From a virus (lineage: Duplodnaviria > Caudoviricetes), in IMG/VR virus record IMGVR_UViG_3300045141_000365, positions 1 through 54,567 of that record: a stretch of DNA of 54,567 bases. One strand, given 5' to 3'. The position numbers were made by a program, and so were the translations under genes. Of this stretch, positions 27,870 through 36,020 are shown piece by piece (position 1 is the stretch's first letter; each line of letters opens with the position of its first letter). The notes beneath the pieces were generated by a model. It saw only the letters and a list, made by a program, of their open reading frames with translations, ran no database searches and was not told the origin of the DNA.

Positions 27870-28318
27870 GTGGTCAAATGTTCCCGAACATTTTCCGTGA
27901 CGTGCCGCCGCTTGATTTTACGTCCACGACCAGTTTCGGCATGATTCCGTGGTGTAGTGCTGTAGCCTAATCGGTCATGGACCGTAGGAGCATTGAGTTT
28001 ATAAAATCCCTCCTCGAATCCTGCTTTACGATCAAAAGAGACGATCTCACGGCTTACGGACGGAGGCACTTTGTAGCGAATCGCTTGGTTTCCTTTAATT
28101 AAGTAAGCGGTGGCAATGGAGATAATGACTCCATCCACATCCTTTTTGCGTTCACATGCGACAGCCAAGGCGCACTTTTTATGGTTTTTGACCGCAGAGT
28201 TTTGGTTGTCACGTTTGGTGACTTCAATATTCAACGGTTCAGTGGCATCCACAACACTCTCAATGTTGGGATAGAATTTACGCACTACGGCGAGTGCATG
28301 GGTAGGTATATGTTTCAT
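27866..28318 (-). CDS. Hypothetical protein (probably inserted gene)
   Basis: Basic 150-aa ORF flanked by a duplicated MNSEPL-coding segment. Confidence 0.6.
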   Translation of the reverse strand: MKHIPTHALAVVRKFYPNIESVVDATEPLNIEVTKRDNQNSAVKNHKKCALAVACERKKDVDGVIISIATAYLIKGNQAIRYKVPPSVSREIVSFDRKAGFEEGFYKLNAPTVHDRLGYSTTPRNHAETGRGRKIKRRHVTENVREHLTT

Positions 28319-28323
28319 TGTGT

Positions 28324-28596
28324 TTATTGCTCCAATAGGGGTTCGCTGTTCATATTGGTGGCTCCATCCTCGAAATATCTTCGATACTCTGCGGCAATTC
28401 TGTTAGTGACGTTGCGCTTTCCGGCTTCCACATCGGACAGGTAAGGCGCTGAATACTTAAGGCGTTTAGCCATTTGCCGAAGGCTCACCCCGTAGAGCTG
28501 GCGCATTTTGCGAAGCTCATTACCATCAAAAAACTCCTTGATCCCGCTGCCTCCACAATAGGGACACGGCTTGGATTTAAGTTTAAGGGGTTTCAT
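28324..28596 (-). CDS. XRE-type HTH regulator with N-terminal CxxCxGxG
   Basis: LRKMRQLYGVSLRQMAKRLKYSAPYLSDVEAGKR. Confidence 0.8.
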   Translation of the reverse strand: MKPLKLKSKPCPYCGGSGIKEFFDGNELRKMRQLYGVSLRQMAKRLKYSAPYLSDVEAGKRNVTNRIAAEYRRYFEDGATNMNSEPLLEQ

Positions 28597-28625
28597 GACA
28601 ATCGTTCGGAGATCTTTGGAGTGGT

Positions 28626-28916
28626 TTAAGTTGCTGTTGGGAAAGCCTCGCGGAGCAGTTGACTCATTCCGTCGGCCAGATCTTTGCGGCGTTTCAAGTG
28701 AGCTTCCCATGAAAGCACGTTGCCGGTCCTTTTGCCCAACTGGTAGCCATGGAGTGCTGCTATTATGTCTTCGAGATCCTGTTTTGAAAACAGTGCGGCC
28801 ACCGTGTTATTGTCTTCCAGTGCGGTCAGTAACTTATTTTCAATTACACTGCGCCGCGTTCGTTCGACCACACAGGGCGCTGGTTTTGGGGTGGTTTTCA
28901 TGGATTGGCTTTTCAT
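28626..28916 (-). CDS. Hypothetical protein
   Basis: Coupled ORF. Confidence 0.5.
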   Translation of the reverse strand: MKSQSMKTTPKPAPCVVERTRRSVIENKLLTALEDNNTVAALFSKQDLEDIIAALHGYQLGKRTGNVLSWEAHLKRRKDLADGMSQLLREAFPTAT

Positions 28917-29251
28917 GGTTCCTCCAATCGTTCGGAGATCTTTGGGCTGGGGGTTAGTCCCATGATGTGCTCCACGTCCACCACATCCCCGTCCTTGAGG
29001 GTGTCAAAGTGCTGCTCAATGTGGGCGTGGGCCACCTGCATAGTGCGGCAGCCAGCAGGCCACTGGTATGGGTCATACTCAGCGCCACCTGTGGCCAGCT
29101 TGATCACGTAAATGCACTCAGGGCTACGGAAGCCTGCCCGGCGTAGGAGCCAAGCTCCAGCTTCTGATTGTGCCATGTGTGGATCAGCCCGGAAGGCGGC
29201 TACCGGGATAAAGGTGGCAGTGTCACGCACCTCCAAGCACTTCAAGGTCAT
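28913..29251 (-). CDS. Hypothetical phage protein
   Basis: LEVRDTATFIP...YDPYQW...DGDVVDVE. Confidence 0.6.
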   Translation of the reverse strand: MTLKCLEVRDTATFIPVAAFRADPHMAQSEAGAWLLRRAGFRSPECIYVIKLATGGAEYDPYQWPAGCRTMQVAHAHIEQHFDTLKDGDVVDVEHIMGLTPSPKISERLEEP

Positions 29252-29259
29252 TGGCTCGC

Positions 29260-29742
29260 TCACTCCACACCCCCGGGGCAGACCAATCGCCGCACCGTTT
29301 CCCACCGCTCAGGCACCCACCGCTCAGGCACCAGCACCTTTTCCTCAACGATCTGGCAGGAGGGGGGCGCTTCACCGGCCCAGCACCGGACAGTGACGCC
29401 GTCAAAGTGGCCGATGTAGTTAACAGTTTCACCCATTGATTCTTTGAGCCAGTGGCCACAAGGAAAGGCCAATATCACTTGAACCACTTCGGTGTGTTTA
29501 AGTGAGTCATAATCGCAAAACCCATTCCAAAACCTTGGGGCAAATGGAAGACTGTCCAGCTTGGCCGCATTGCGCCGAACCCAATCTAAAACTTTCCGCC
29601 GCTGAGCCATCTCGGCTTCCATGTCCAGAATGGTGTTCTCGCTGGTGGTCAACGGTGGGGCGCTCTCTGTCATTTGCTCTGGTTCTTCGTTCATGGTTTT
29701 GCGTTCAGGTTTAACCGTCATTTGCTCTGGTTCTTCGTTCAT
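29260..29742 (-). CDS. Hypothetical protein with duplicated N-terminus
   Basis: ATGA-coupled start MNEEPEQ. Confidence 0.55.
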   Translation of the reverse strand: MNEEPEQMTVKPERKTMNEEPEQMTESAPPLTTSENTILDMEAEMAQRRKVLDWVRRNAAKLDSLPFAPRFWNGFCDYDSLKHTEVVQVILAFPCGHWLKESMGETVNYIGHFDGVTVRCWAGEAPPSCQIVEEKVLVPERWVPERWETVRRLVCPGGVE

Positions 29743-29764
29743 GGTTTTGCGTTCAGGTTTAACC
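29669..29764. repeat. Perfect 48-bp tandem duplication
   Basis: gtcatttgctctggttcttcgttcatggttttgcgttcaggtttaacc, two copies. Confidence 0.95.
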
Positions 29765-30074
29765 AGCAATGCTGTCCAATTGTGTAGAACTTGCCGCCTA
29801 TCAGAACTTGACCATGGATCTCAGTCAGCACTTCTATCGGAGTTCCATTGTAATCCCTTTTTACACAACTGAGTTTTACACAACTGAGCATTACCTCTTC
29901 GTGTTGAACATCTGCCATTTCATGTCGTTGGTTGTATTCAGCGCAAAGCCCTTGCGCTTCTTCCAATGTTGGTGGCCATGCAACCTCCTCATTGCCTACC
30001 AGAACGTTAAATGCCATAGACCCGTCGCTCAACGTTTCCGCTGCGACCCGTGCTTTTAATTTGGTGGTGTTCAT
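29739..30074 (-). CDS. Hypothetical protein
   Basis: AETLSDGSMAFNV; internal 15-bp duplication. Confidence 0.55.
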   Translation of the reverse strand: MNTTKLKARVAAETLSDGSMAFNVLVGNEEVAWPPTLEEAQGLCAEYNQRHEMADVQHEEVMLSCVKLSCVKRDYNGTPIEVLTEIHGQVLIGGKFYTIGQHCWLNLNAKP

Positions 30075-30084
30075 AATCTGAAAA

Positions 30085-30148
30085 CACCCAGCCAGGAAGC
30101 AGGGGACTTAATCCTGTCCAACCCGGGAGGGATGGAGCTGGCTGGGTG
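30085..30148 (-). promoter_or_regulatory. Structured intergenic element
   Basis: 11-bp closing stem cacccagccag / ctggctgggtg; U-tract then ATG on the minus strand. Confidence 0.5.
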
Positions 30149-30155
30149 CAAAGGT

Positions 30156-30572
30156 TCATTGTTTGCGTGCATCCCATTCGTGATCACAGTTCGCGCACCA
30201 CAGGTCCGGTGTGTGGAGGTCACTTACTTCACTGCTGCCGCACTTCGGGCAGGTGTGCTCCGAAGGCGGGCCGTCAGTGTCTTGTGTGGTGGCACCAGGG
30301 GGCAGGTGTGAATCGCCGGGCAAATCGCGATGGTCACTCATGGCTTGTGTCTTCCCAACGATAAGCTCTCCGGCCTCTACTGGTTTGGCTTTCTTTGGAA
30401 TGGCGGCAAATTGGTTGCAGCCGAAATCCTCACGGGTGCGTAGCCAGCCATGGACAAACTGCATCCCGGCCCATTCGCGAGGCATAAGGCAATCAGCCCA
30501 CCGCTCCGGGCCTTGAAGCTTAATGTCCCATTGTGTCCGCTTCCAGAACTTGCACGCCTTGCAGTGTCTCAT
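30156..30572 (-). CDS. Cys-rich protein with C-terminal Zn ribbon
   Basis: CKACKFW...C...FGC; CPKCG...CANC. Confidence 0.55.
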   Translation of the reverse strand: MRHCKACKFWKRTQWDIKLQGPERWADCLMPREWAGMQFVHGWLRTREDFGCNQFAAIPKKAKPVEAGELIVGKTQAMSDHRDLPGDSHLPPGATTQDTDGPPSEHTCPKCGSSEVSDLHTPDLWCANCDHEWDARKQ

Positions 30573-30733
30573 GGCTTTTCCTCCACTCCGGCCGCCTCCA
30601 ATAATTCCGTATCGCCCGGTTCAATGTGTGGGGCCAGGGCTTGCAGTTCGTGAAGCTCCTCGTAGCTAATCCGCTCAGCCCTCAGCTCCCCGCGCAGGTA
30701 TTCCAGGCGCTCTTTGATGGTTTGGCTTTTCAT
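30569..30733 (-). CDS. 54-aa hypothetical protein (below ORF-track cutoff)
   Basis: MKSQTIKERLEYLRGELRAERISYEEL...; ATGA-coupled on both sides. Confidence 0.65.
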   Translation of the reverse strand: MKSQTIKERLEYLRGELRAERISYEELHELQALAPHIEPGDTELLEAAGVEEKP

Positions 30734-31092
30734 GGCTTGGGCCTCACACTGATCTCCATAGCATCGGCTTGGGCCTGAAAGACTACCGCCAGCGTTTCCG
30801 GGGTGTCGTCTACGGCGTTTTGTTTCAGCGCGTCCAGCAGCTTTTGCAGAGCGCTTTGCAAGTCCTCCACCATGGCCTCCAAGGCTCCGATCTGTTCCTC
30901 CATGGTGTCCAATTCCTTGGTGGGAAGCTTCAGGTCAATATCCAAATCGCGATTGATAGACAGGCTTAGCTCCATGTCGGTGGTACTCGGCTCGTTTCCG
31001 GTCCGCTCTTTCCCGCTATTCAGCAGGTAAACGGTCACCTCTCCGCTCGGGTCTCGCCCCTTCAACTGCTCCATTAATTCCCAGACTCTCAT
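30730..31092 (-). CDS. Coiled-coil hypothetical protein
   Basis: Start MRVWELMEQL, coupled. Confidence 0.55.
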   Translation of the reverse strand: MRVWELMEQLKGRDPSGEVTVYLLNSGKERTGNEPSTTDMELSLSINRDLDIDLKLPTKELDTMEEQIGALEAMVEDLQSALQKLLDALKQNAVDDTPETLAVVFQAQADAMEISVRPKP

Positions 31093-31346
31093 TCGCACCC
31101 CGCTTTGGTAATGGCCACCTCCCAAGCAACCCCCAATGGGGCATGGGACACAATCCCGATGCGCACGATGGAAAGCGGAGTGGCTTTGCCTTCGGCCAGA
31201 AAGCCTTCAAAGGATTTCAGGTTGTAATACGAGCCATAGTTTCGGCCTTGTTCGTCTATCACCGAAACGTTTCCGTTGCCATCCTTGAAGGCGAGAAAGG
31301 ACACTCCATTGCGTTTGAATGCGTGAAACAATTGGTCCGGGTTCAC
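31089..31346 (-). CDS. Hypothetical protein
   Basis: Coupled ORF. Confidence 0.5.
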   Translation of the reverse strand: MNPDQLFHAFKRNGVSFLAFKDGNGNVSVIDEQGRNYGSYYNLKSFEGFLAEGKATPLSIVRIGIVSHAPLGVAWEVAITKAGCE

Positions 31347-31579
31347 TTGGCACCCCCTTGCGCTTTCAGGATGGCTGCCGCTTTGCAGCGATACATTTGG
31401 CAGGTATCGGGATGCAACTCCGGTGTTTCAAAATCCAGCAAAGCGTAAGCGTGACTTTGCAAATAATGATCGGCATTGTTGATGCGATCAGAGCCAAAGC
31501 GGTAGAGTGTGGATGCATTTTGCAACACCCTGACAAATTCTTCGTGAACTCCAGCGTATTGGTGAGTCGTTTGCTTCAT
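31343..31579 (-). CDS. Hypothetical protein (first gene of the leftward operon)
   Basis: Downstream of a promoter-like motif; start uncertain. Confidence 0.45.
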   Translation of the reverse strand: MKQTTHQYAGVHEEFVRVLQNASTLYRFGSDRINNADHYLQSHAYALLDFETPELHPDTCQMYRCKAAAILKAQGGAK

Positions 31580-31620
31580 AGGCTTTGTGTTTGCATAGTC
31601 TTTTGCTTCATTGTGTCCCC

Positions 31621-31703
31621 AGTAGAACACAAGGCCGGGAAGGAGTCAACACAAAAACGTCTAGTAGTTTTTGCTTGCAATGGGAAGCGGGTTGTGCGAC
31701 AGT
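31621..31703. promoter_or_regulatory. Back-to-back divergent promoters
   Basis: Minus strand: TTGACT-17-TCTACT; plus strand: TTGCAA-17-GACAGT; caaaaac / gtttttg inverted repeat between them. Confidence 0.5.
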
Positions 31704-31728
31704 GGAGGGACAAAGAAGAAACAGACTT

Positions 31729-32121
31729 ATGAAAAAAGAACATACTGCGAGCACTGAAACCAAACACACGCCTGGACCGTGGTCGGCCATGCCGTTTTGG
31801 GGGGATTCCATAACGGGTAACAAGGGGATTGTGATTTATGGCCCGATTGGGAACGACAAGCGAATTGCGGAGATTCAATTCACAGGTTTTCGTGGTGAGT
31901 TGGAACATGAAGCCAACGCGGCCTTAATCGTGGAAGCGGTCAACGCCTACGCCACGCTCAAGGCGCACAACGCGGCGTTGCTGGCAGCACTTGAGGCTTT
32001 AATTGACTCAGCATCATGGACCCCAACGGACAATTGGAGAATTGGTCCGATGGATAGCAGCAAAGGCGGAAAGATGGACATGGCCCGCGCCGCCATCGCT
32101 CAAGCCAAGGGGGCCAAGTGA
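31729..32121 (+). CDS. HTPGPW-type early phage protein
   Basis: HTPGPW...EANAALIV...LLAALE...ARAAIAQAKG. Confidence 0.7.
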   Translation: MKKEHTASTETKHTPGPWSAMPFWGDSITGNKGIVIYGPIGNDKRIAEIQFTGFRGELEHEANAALIVEAVNAYATLKAHNAALLAALEALIDSASWTPTDNWRIGPMDSSKGGKMDMARAAIAQAKGAK

Positions 32122-32197
32122 AGACACCAAGCGGAATGCAGATACTCAAGGGCAGGACCAAGAAGCCCAGCTAAAGCTTCCCCAGCTATTCTCCACC

Positions 32198-32229
32198 AAG
32201 GGTCAATCTCGCAAGGGATTGGCCCTTTT
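32198..32229 (+). terminator. Rho-independent terminator
   Basis: aagggtcaatctc-GCAA-gggattggccctt followed by T run. Confidence 0.7.
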
Positions 32230-32373
32230 GCCTTGTCCCACGCAATCCCCCACCACATGACCAAGGGCAGGCAATCAAAACGCCGTACAGGTCAAATGTG
32301 GAGGAAGAATTAAGCAACAAATGGCCAAAAGGGGCTTTACCAATGGGAAATGGGGGCTTAGGGTCAAAAGACC

Positions 32374-32673
32374 ATGTCAGGTCACGTTACGTCCGCAGAT
32401 ACCCCTTGCACCATCCGACCCGAACAAATGCGCCCAGGGCGTCACAGGGCACTAGCTCAAGCGCTTAGAATGCAGGAGGTTCTTTACTTGACGGTGCTGA
32501 GCGATGAGGCGAGTGGACAAGAGAAGGCTCAAGCAGCAAGGGCTTGGGAAGCATTGGAAGAACGCAAGCGCATCCTGCGTGGTAGACCCCTCCCAGGGAG
32601 CAAACGTCCAGCTCCTGATAAGCCTAAGCCCCACAAGGCCGCTGCCGTACCCTCATTCACAGAGGAGCCTTAA
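32374..32673 (+). CDS. Hypothetical protein (possible small terminase)
   Basis: Helical 99 aa, followed by a long GC-patchy noncoding region; function is a guess. Confidence 0.45.
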   Translation: MSGHVTSADTPCTIRPEQMRPGRHRALAQALRMQEVLYLTVLSDEASGQEKAQAARAWEALEERKRILRGRPLPGSKRPAPDKPKPHKAAAVPSFTEEP

Positions 32674-32903
32674 GCCCACGTACCATCTACGCAGCTACAC
32701 GGGAAGGCTAAGGAATCTCTTGGTACAGGGCAACCGTCCCCACAGGCCCAGGGGGTGAGGGCGCGGGCGTGTTGGTGTTGGAGATGGGAGGACCCCGCCC
32801 CTTGTGTTTAAACGCTGATCCCTGCCGTCCCTTGTGTTTAAGGACCGATGCCTGAATCCTTGCGCCCTTCTGCGCTTAGCTTTTTGTGCACTTGGATCTT
32901 GTG

Positions 32904-32919
32904 TGTTCCACGTGGAACA
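32904..32919. promoter_or_regulatory. parS: parS site
   Basis: Perfect palindrome TGTTCCACGTGGAACA, matching the chromosomal parS consensus. Confidence 0.75.
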
Positions 32920-33026
32920 TTGGGCGCCGGAATGACGAAACCCCCCGTACCCCCTATCTGTATCTGTATCTGTATGCGATTGTCTTGCATTTTGTCTGGA
33001 CATTTTGACAATGGTCCAAGACAGTA

Positions 33027-33218
33027 TTGGACATGTCGGAAACCACTGATCGGTTGATGGAGAAGCTTGAGAAAGGGATGGATCATTACGCGGGTCTTTG
33101 CATGACTGCGTGTGGTCATGAAGAGAACCTGGTTAAGGTGGATAAGTTCAAGTTTAAGTTTTTATCCGGGATGGCCAGGGAACTTGACGAACTTGTGCGG
33201 AAAGCAGGTTTGCCATGA
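33027..33218 (+). CDS. Hypothetical protein
   Basis: Coupled to the next gene. Confidence 0.5.
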   Translation: MDMSETTDRLMEKLEKGMDHYAGLCMTACGHEENLVKVDKFKFKFLSGMARELDELVRKAGLP

Positions 33219-33676
33219 GTGGGTTTTCATTGCTTTGGAGCAAGATCCTGGACTCCAGTTTGTGGGTTACGGGCAGCAAGGAGGACCGGCTGGTTTTTAT
33301 CACCTTGCTGGCGATGAAGGATTCCAACGGGATCATTCAGGCTTCGGTGGTGGGATTGGCCGATCGGGCCAAAGTGACACCGGCTGAATGCCGCATCGCC
33401 TTGAAGTTTCTGCTTTCTCCGGACCCTGATGACAGCAGCAAGGTGGAGGAGGGCAAACGAATACGGGTGGTTCCCGGGGGGTGGCAGATCGTGAACCATG
33501 ATCTCTACCGGTTTTCGACCGAAGCTAAACGGGAGTTCTGGAGACAGACCAAGGCAGATCAGCGGGAGAAGGAAAAGCTGGGTTTGGCCAGAAAGCACCG
33601 CTTGAAACAGCGTGGTGGCCCCACCCGGGCGGAGCGAAGTTTTGTGAGCAGGGTGGAAAACGAACCAGAACACTAA
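33215..33676 (+). CDS. Replication-initiator-like N-terminal domain protein
   Basis: LWSKILDSSLW...RLVFITLLAMKD..G...PDPDD...GWQIVNHDLYR, a recurrent phage replisome-organiser N-terminus. Confidence 0.65.
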   Translation: MSGFSLLWSKILDSSLWVTGSKEDRLVFITLLAMKDSNGIIQASVVGLADRAKVTPAECRIALKFLLSPDPDDSSKVEEGKRIRVVPGGWQIVNHDLYRFSTEAKREFWRQTKADQREKEKLGLARKHRLKQRGGPTRAERSFVSRVENEPEH

Positions 33677-33682
33677 AGCTCT

Positions 33683-33997
33683 ATGCCTGTTCGGGATTGG
33701 GATAAGTTTCGTCGGCAACTTCGGGCCAAAGCGCCGGAATGGCATCCCACTAAACGGCCCAAGCGTCTCAAGCTGGTTCGGCAGGAAAAGCTTGGGACTC
33801 ATCAACGGTTGCTTAAGGTGACCCGGCCTGATGGCTTCTCAGCTACAGCGATTTGGTCTTATTGCAACCACCAGTGGATCTGCACCTCCTGTGACCCGGC
33901 ACTGAACTGGATGAAGCCCCTGTCTGCTGCCATGGCTGGAACCATTCTGAAGGAACGGATTTTTGATTACCGGTGGTTCAAGGCGACCCGTTCATAA
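33683..33997 (+). CDS. Hypothetical protein
   Basis: 104-aa ORF in operon. Confidence 0.5.
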   Translation: MPVRDWDKFRRQLRAKAPEWHPTKRPKRLKLVRQEKLGTHQRLLKVTRPDGFSATAIWSYCNHQWICTSCDPALNWMKPLSAAMAGTILKERIFDYRWFKATRS

Positions 33998-34047
33998 CCG
34001 GCTCAAACCTCCCCGCCCAATAGCCCGCTCATTCCTTCTTCTCTTCG

Positions 34048-34251
34048 TTAAAAAACGCAATCGCATCCGTCAGCCTCTGGCGTAGTGTCACCAGCGCTAC
34101 CTCCCGGGGCATCCCCTCCGCCACCAAGGGCAGCCACCGAGACGCGCAGAAGTGTGGCCGCAGTGTGCCGGGCCGAAAGCTTGCCCTGGGCCACCAGATC
34201 CACCACTGACTTCTCCAGCGCCCTGACCAGCTTAAGTTCTGTCTTGCTCAT
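34048..34251 (-). CDS. Hypothetical protein
   Basis: Coupled ORF. Confidence 0.45.
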   Translation of the reverse strand: MSKTELKLVRALEKSVVDLVAQGKLSARHTAATLLRVSVAALGGGGDAPGGSAGDTTPEADGCDCVF

Positions 34252-34766
34252 TCAATCGTGGCTCTGTCAGCGCGAGCCAGCCAACCTGAGCGACTGTCGC
34301 CAAGACGAAGATCCATCTCTTTCTCGGATTCAGGGCGAAGGTGCAGGTCATTCACTAAACGCTCATACACACTTCGCCACCACAGGCTGATACGGGGATC
34401 GGGGTGCTTGTAACCCAGGATCTCAACTGCGTGCATGAAGTGCATTTGAAAATGATGGGGGATGGCGTCCGATTCGCGGAGGTACTGGTCAACGTGCTCG
34501 TTCATATACATCTCCCATGTTTCCATTTCCTTTGGCCTGCCAATAGATGGTCCTGTAAATGATCCACCGTTGTTCTCCCATGGATCAGTGAGAGCCCTGC
34601 CATCCATGGCGGATAAGAGTACGCACCGCCGATACCAGCGGAGCAGCATCTTGACAGCTCCATACTTCGGCACTCCGTCCGGTCCACGAATCGCCGTGAG
34701 CAAAACAGTTTGCTGCATCATGGGCAGGGCAAAGATCCATTCCTGAAGAACTGATTTAGGTGTCAT
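34248..34766 (-). CDS. Hypothetical phage protein
   Basis: SVLQEW...QQTVLLTAIRGPDG...PHHFQMHFMHAVEILGYKHP. Confidence 0.7.
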   Translation of the reverse strand: MTPKSVLQEWIFALPMMQQTVLLTAIRGPDGVPKYGAVKMLLRWYRRCVLLSAMDGRALTDPWENNGGSFTGPSIGRPKEMETWEMYMNEHVDQYLRESDAIPHHFQMHFMHAVEILGYKHPDPRISLWWRSVYERLVNDLHLRPESEKEMDLRLGDSRSGWLARADRATIE

Positions 34767-34939
34767 ATTTCGTAATCCAACACAGGTGGCTGCTCGTTAA
34801 AGAAACTCTCCTCCACTGTGTCACCTGTGGTGATCCGGTGAATGAAAGCAAACAGGATGGCCTGCACTAAACCGATGGGAAGCTTGTCCCAGCACTTCAC
34901 TTCTTCGCTGGCCACTCGGAATAAATGCTTGCGGCTCAT
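34763..34939 (-). CDS. Hypothetical protein
   Basis: Likely start MSRKHL, ATGA-coupled. Confidence 0.45.
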   Translation of the reverse strand: MSRKHLFRVASEEVKCWDKLPIGLVQAILFAFIHRITTGDTVEESFFNEQPPVLDYEI

Positions 34940-35097
34940 TTTTTCAAACAATTGTAAATCAATACCGAATACGTAAATCCAACTGCTATGGTCCAACCCA
35001 ACCCAAACCAAAGCAGTCTTTCGTTTTTAACAATTAATCCAAATAGCAATAGGAGGATTGCTACCGGCATAGCCAACAGGTCAAATAATCGTTCCAT
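34936..35097 (-). CDS. 53-aa two-TM membrane protein (below ORF-track cutoff)
   Basis: MERLFDLLAMPVAILLLLFGLIVKNERLLWFGLGWTIAVGFTYSVLIYNCLKK. Confidence 0.55.
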   Translation of the reverse strand: MERLFDLLAMPVAILLLLFGLIVKNERLLWFGLGWTIAVGFTYSVLIYNCLKK

Positions 35098-35105
35098 AAA
35101 TTAAA

Positions 35106-35192
35106 TACGTGGAGGACCTGGCGCGGTCCTTCGTTAATCCCAGGCTGTTCGTGCACTATCGACTGCCGGACGTTTCCATCCCACTCCACGTA
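35106..35192 (-). promoter_or_regulatory. Structured intergenic element
   Basis: 9-bp closing stem tacgtggag / ctccacgta enclosing smaller hairpins. Confidence 0.45.
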
Positions 35193-35241
35193 AATCTACA
35201 GGGGCCATCCGTGGCACCCTGGGCGCAGTACGCGCCAAAAT

Positions 35242-35442
35242 TCATTCAGAACACCTGGGCTTAATGACAACATGGATGTGGTCCCGGCCTGCTTCCAACT
35301 TCTTGCGGCATGACTCGCACATGTCGAATTCGCGCAAGTGCTGCGCTACACCATCTTTGTACATAAGGTAATCAACTTTTAAGATCTCTACTCTGACTGG
35401 AGGGATTTCCTCGCCACATAAATCACAGTGAATTGTCACCAT
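35242..35442 (-). CDS. Small Zn-finger protein
   Basis: CDLCG...DMCESC. Confidence 0.6.
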   Translation of the reverse strand: MVTIHCDLCGEEIPPVRVEILKVDYLMYKDGVAQHLREFDMCESCRKKLEAGRDHIHVVIKPRCSE

Positions 35443-35445
35443 GGT

Positions 35446-35697
35446 TTATTTCTCCTGGAGCGAGTGGGGCAGATCCTTCCGCACCTGCTCCACCATCTTC
35501 CAGAACTTTCCCACCTGCTCCCCTGTCAGCAGCACTGTTTCGTATCTGATGGTGGCTTCAATCGCCGTGGTGCCCGGGACTCGGCGCAAGACCAAAGGCA
35601 AGGGTGGTGACGGGATAAATCTGGTGAAGGGAATATCCTGGTATCCCGCACAGACATGAGGCTTTTCGTTAAATGATTTCTTGTTGTCGTTGCTCAT
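35446..35697 (-). CDS. Hypothetical protein
   Basis: Coupled ORF. Confidence 0.5.
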   Translation of the reverse strand: MSNDNKKSFNEKPHVCAGYQDIPFTRFIPSPPLPLVLRRVPGTTAIEATIRYETVLLTGEQVGKFWKMVEQVRKDLPHSLQEK

Positions 35698-36020
35698 TTC
35701 ACCACGCTCCGATCTGTCATAAAGGGCATCACTTCAGTACGCATCTGGGCCAGCTTCACCCTAAGCTTGGGCAGTCTCTTGGCCGTTAAGTTCTCAGCCT
35801 GTCGGCCCAGCGTGTCAGCTTTTTCCAGCGCTGACTTGCCATTGGAGCGCAGCAGCTCCGCTGAGCCCGGGTCCATGGCAGGATCGGCGGCCGCCTTGAT
35901 CCAGGCATTGCCTTCCTGCTTCAGCCGCTCCGCTTCCCAGATCTTGGCCTTGATCAATTCGCGCACATTGTCGATGTGCTTCAGGATCTGGGCCTCGCAG
36001 GAATAACGCTGCTGCTTCAC
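35694..36020 (-). CDS. Helical hypothetical protein
   Basis: Likely GTG start at 36020, coupled to the upstream stop. Confidence 0.55.
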   Translation of the reverse strand: MKQQRYSCEAQILKHIDNVRELIKAKIWEAERLKQEGNAWIKAAADPAMDPGSAELLRSNGKSALEKADTLGRQAENLTAKRLPKLRVKLAQMRTEVMPFMTDRSVVK

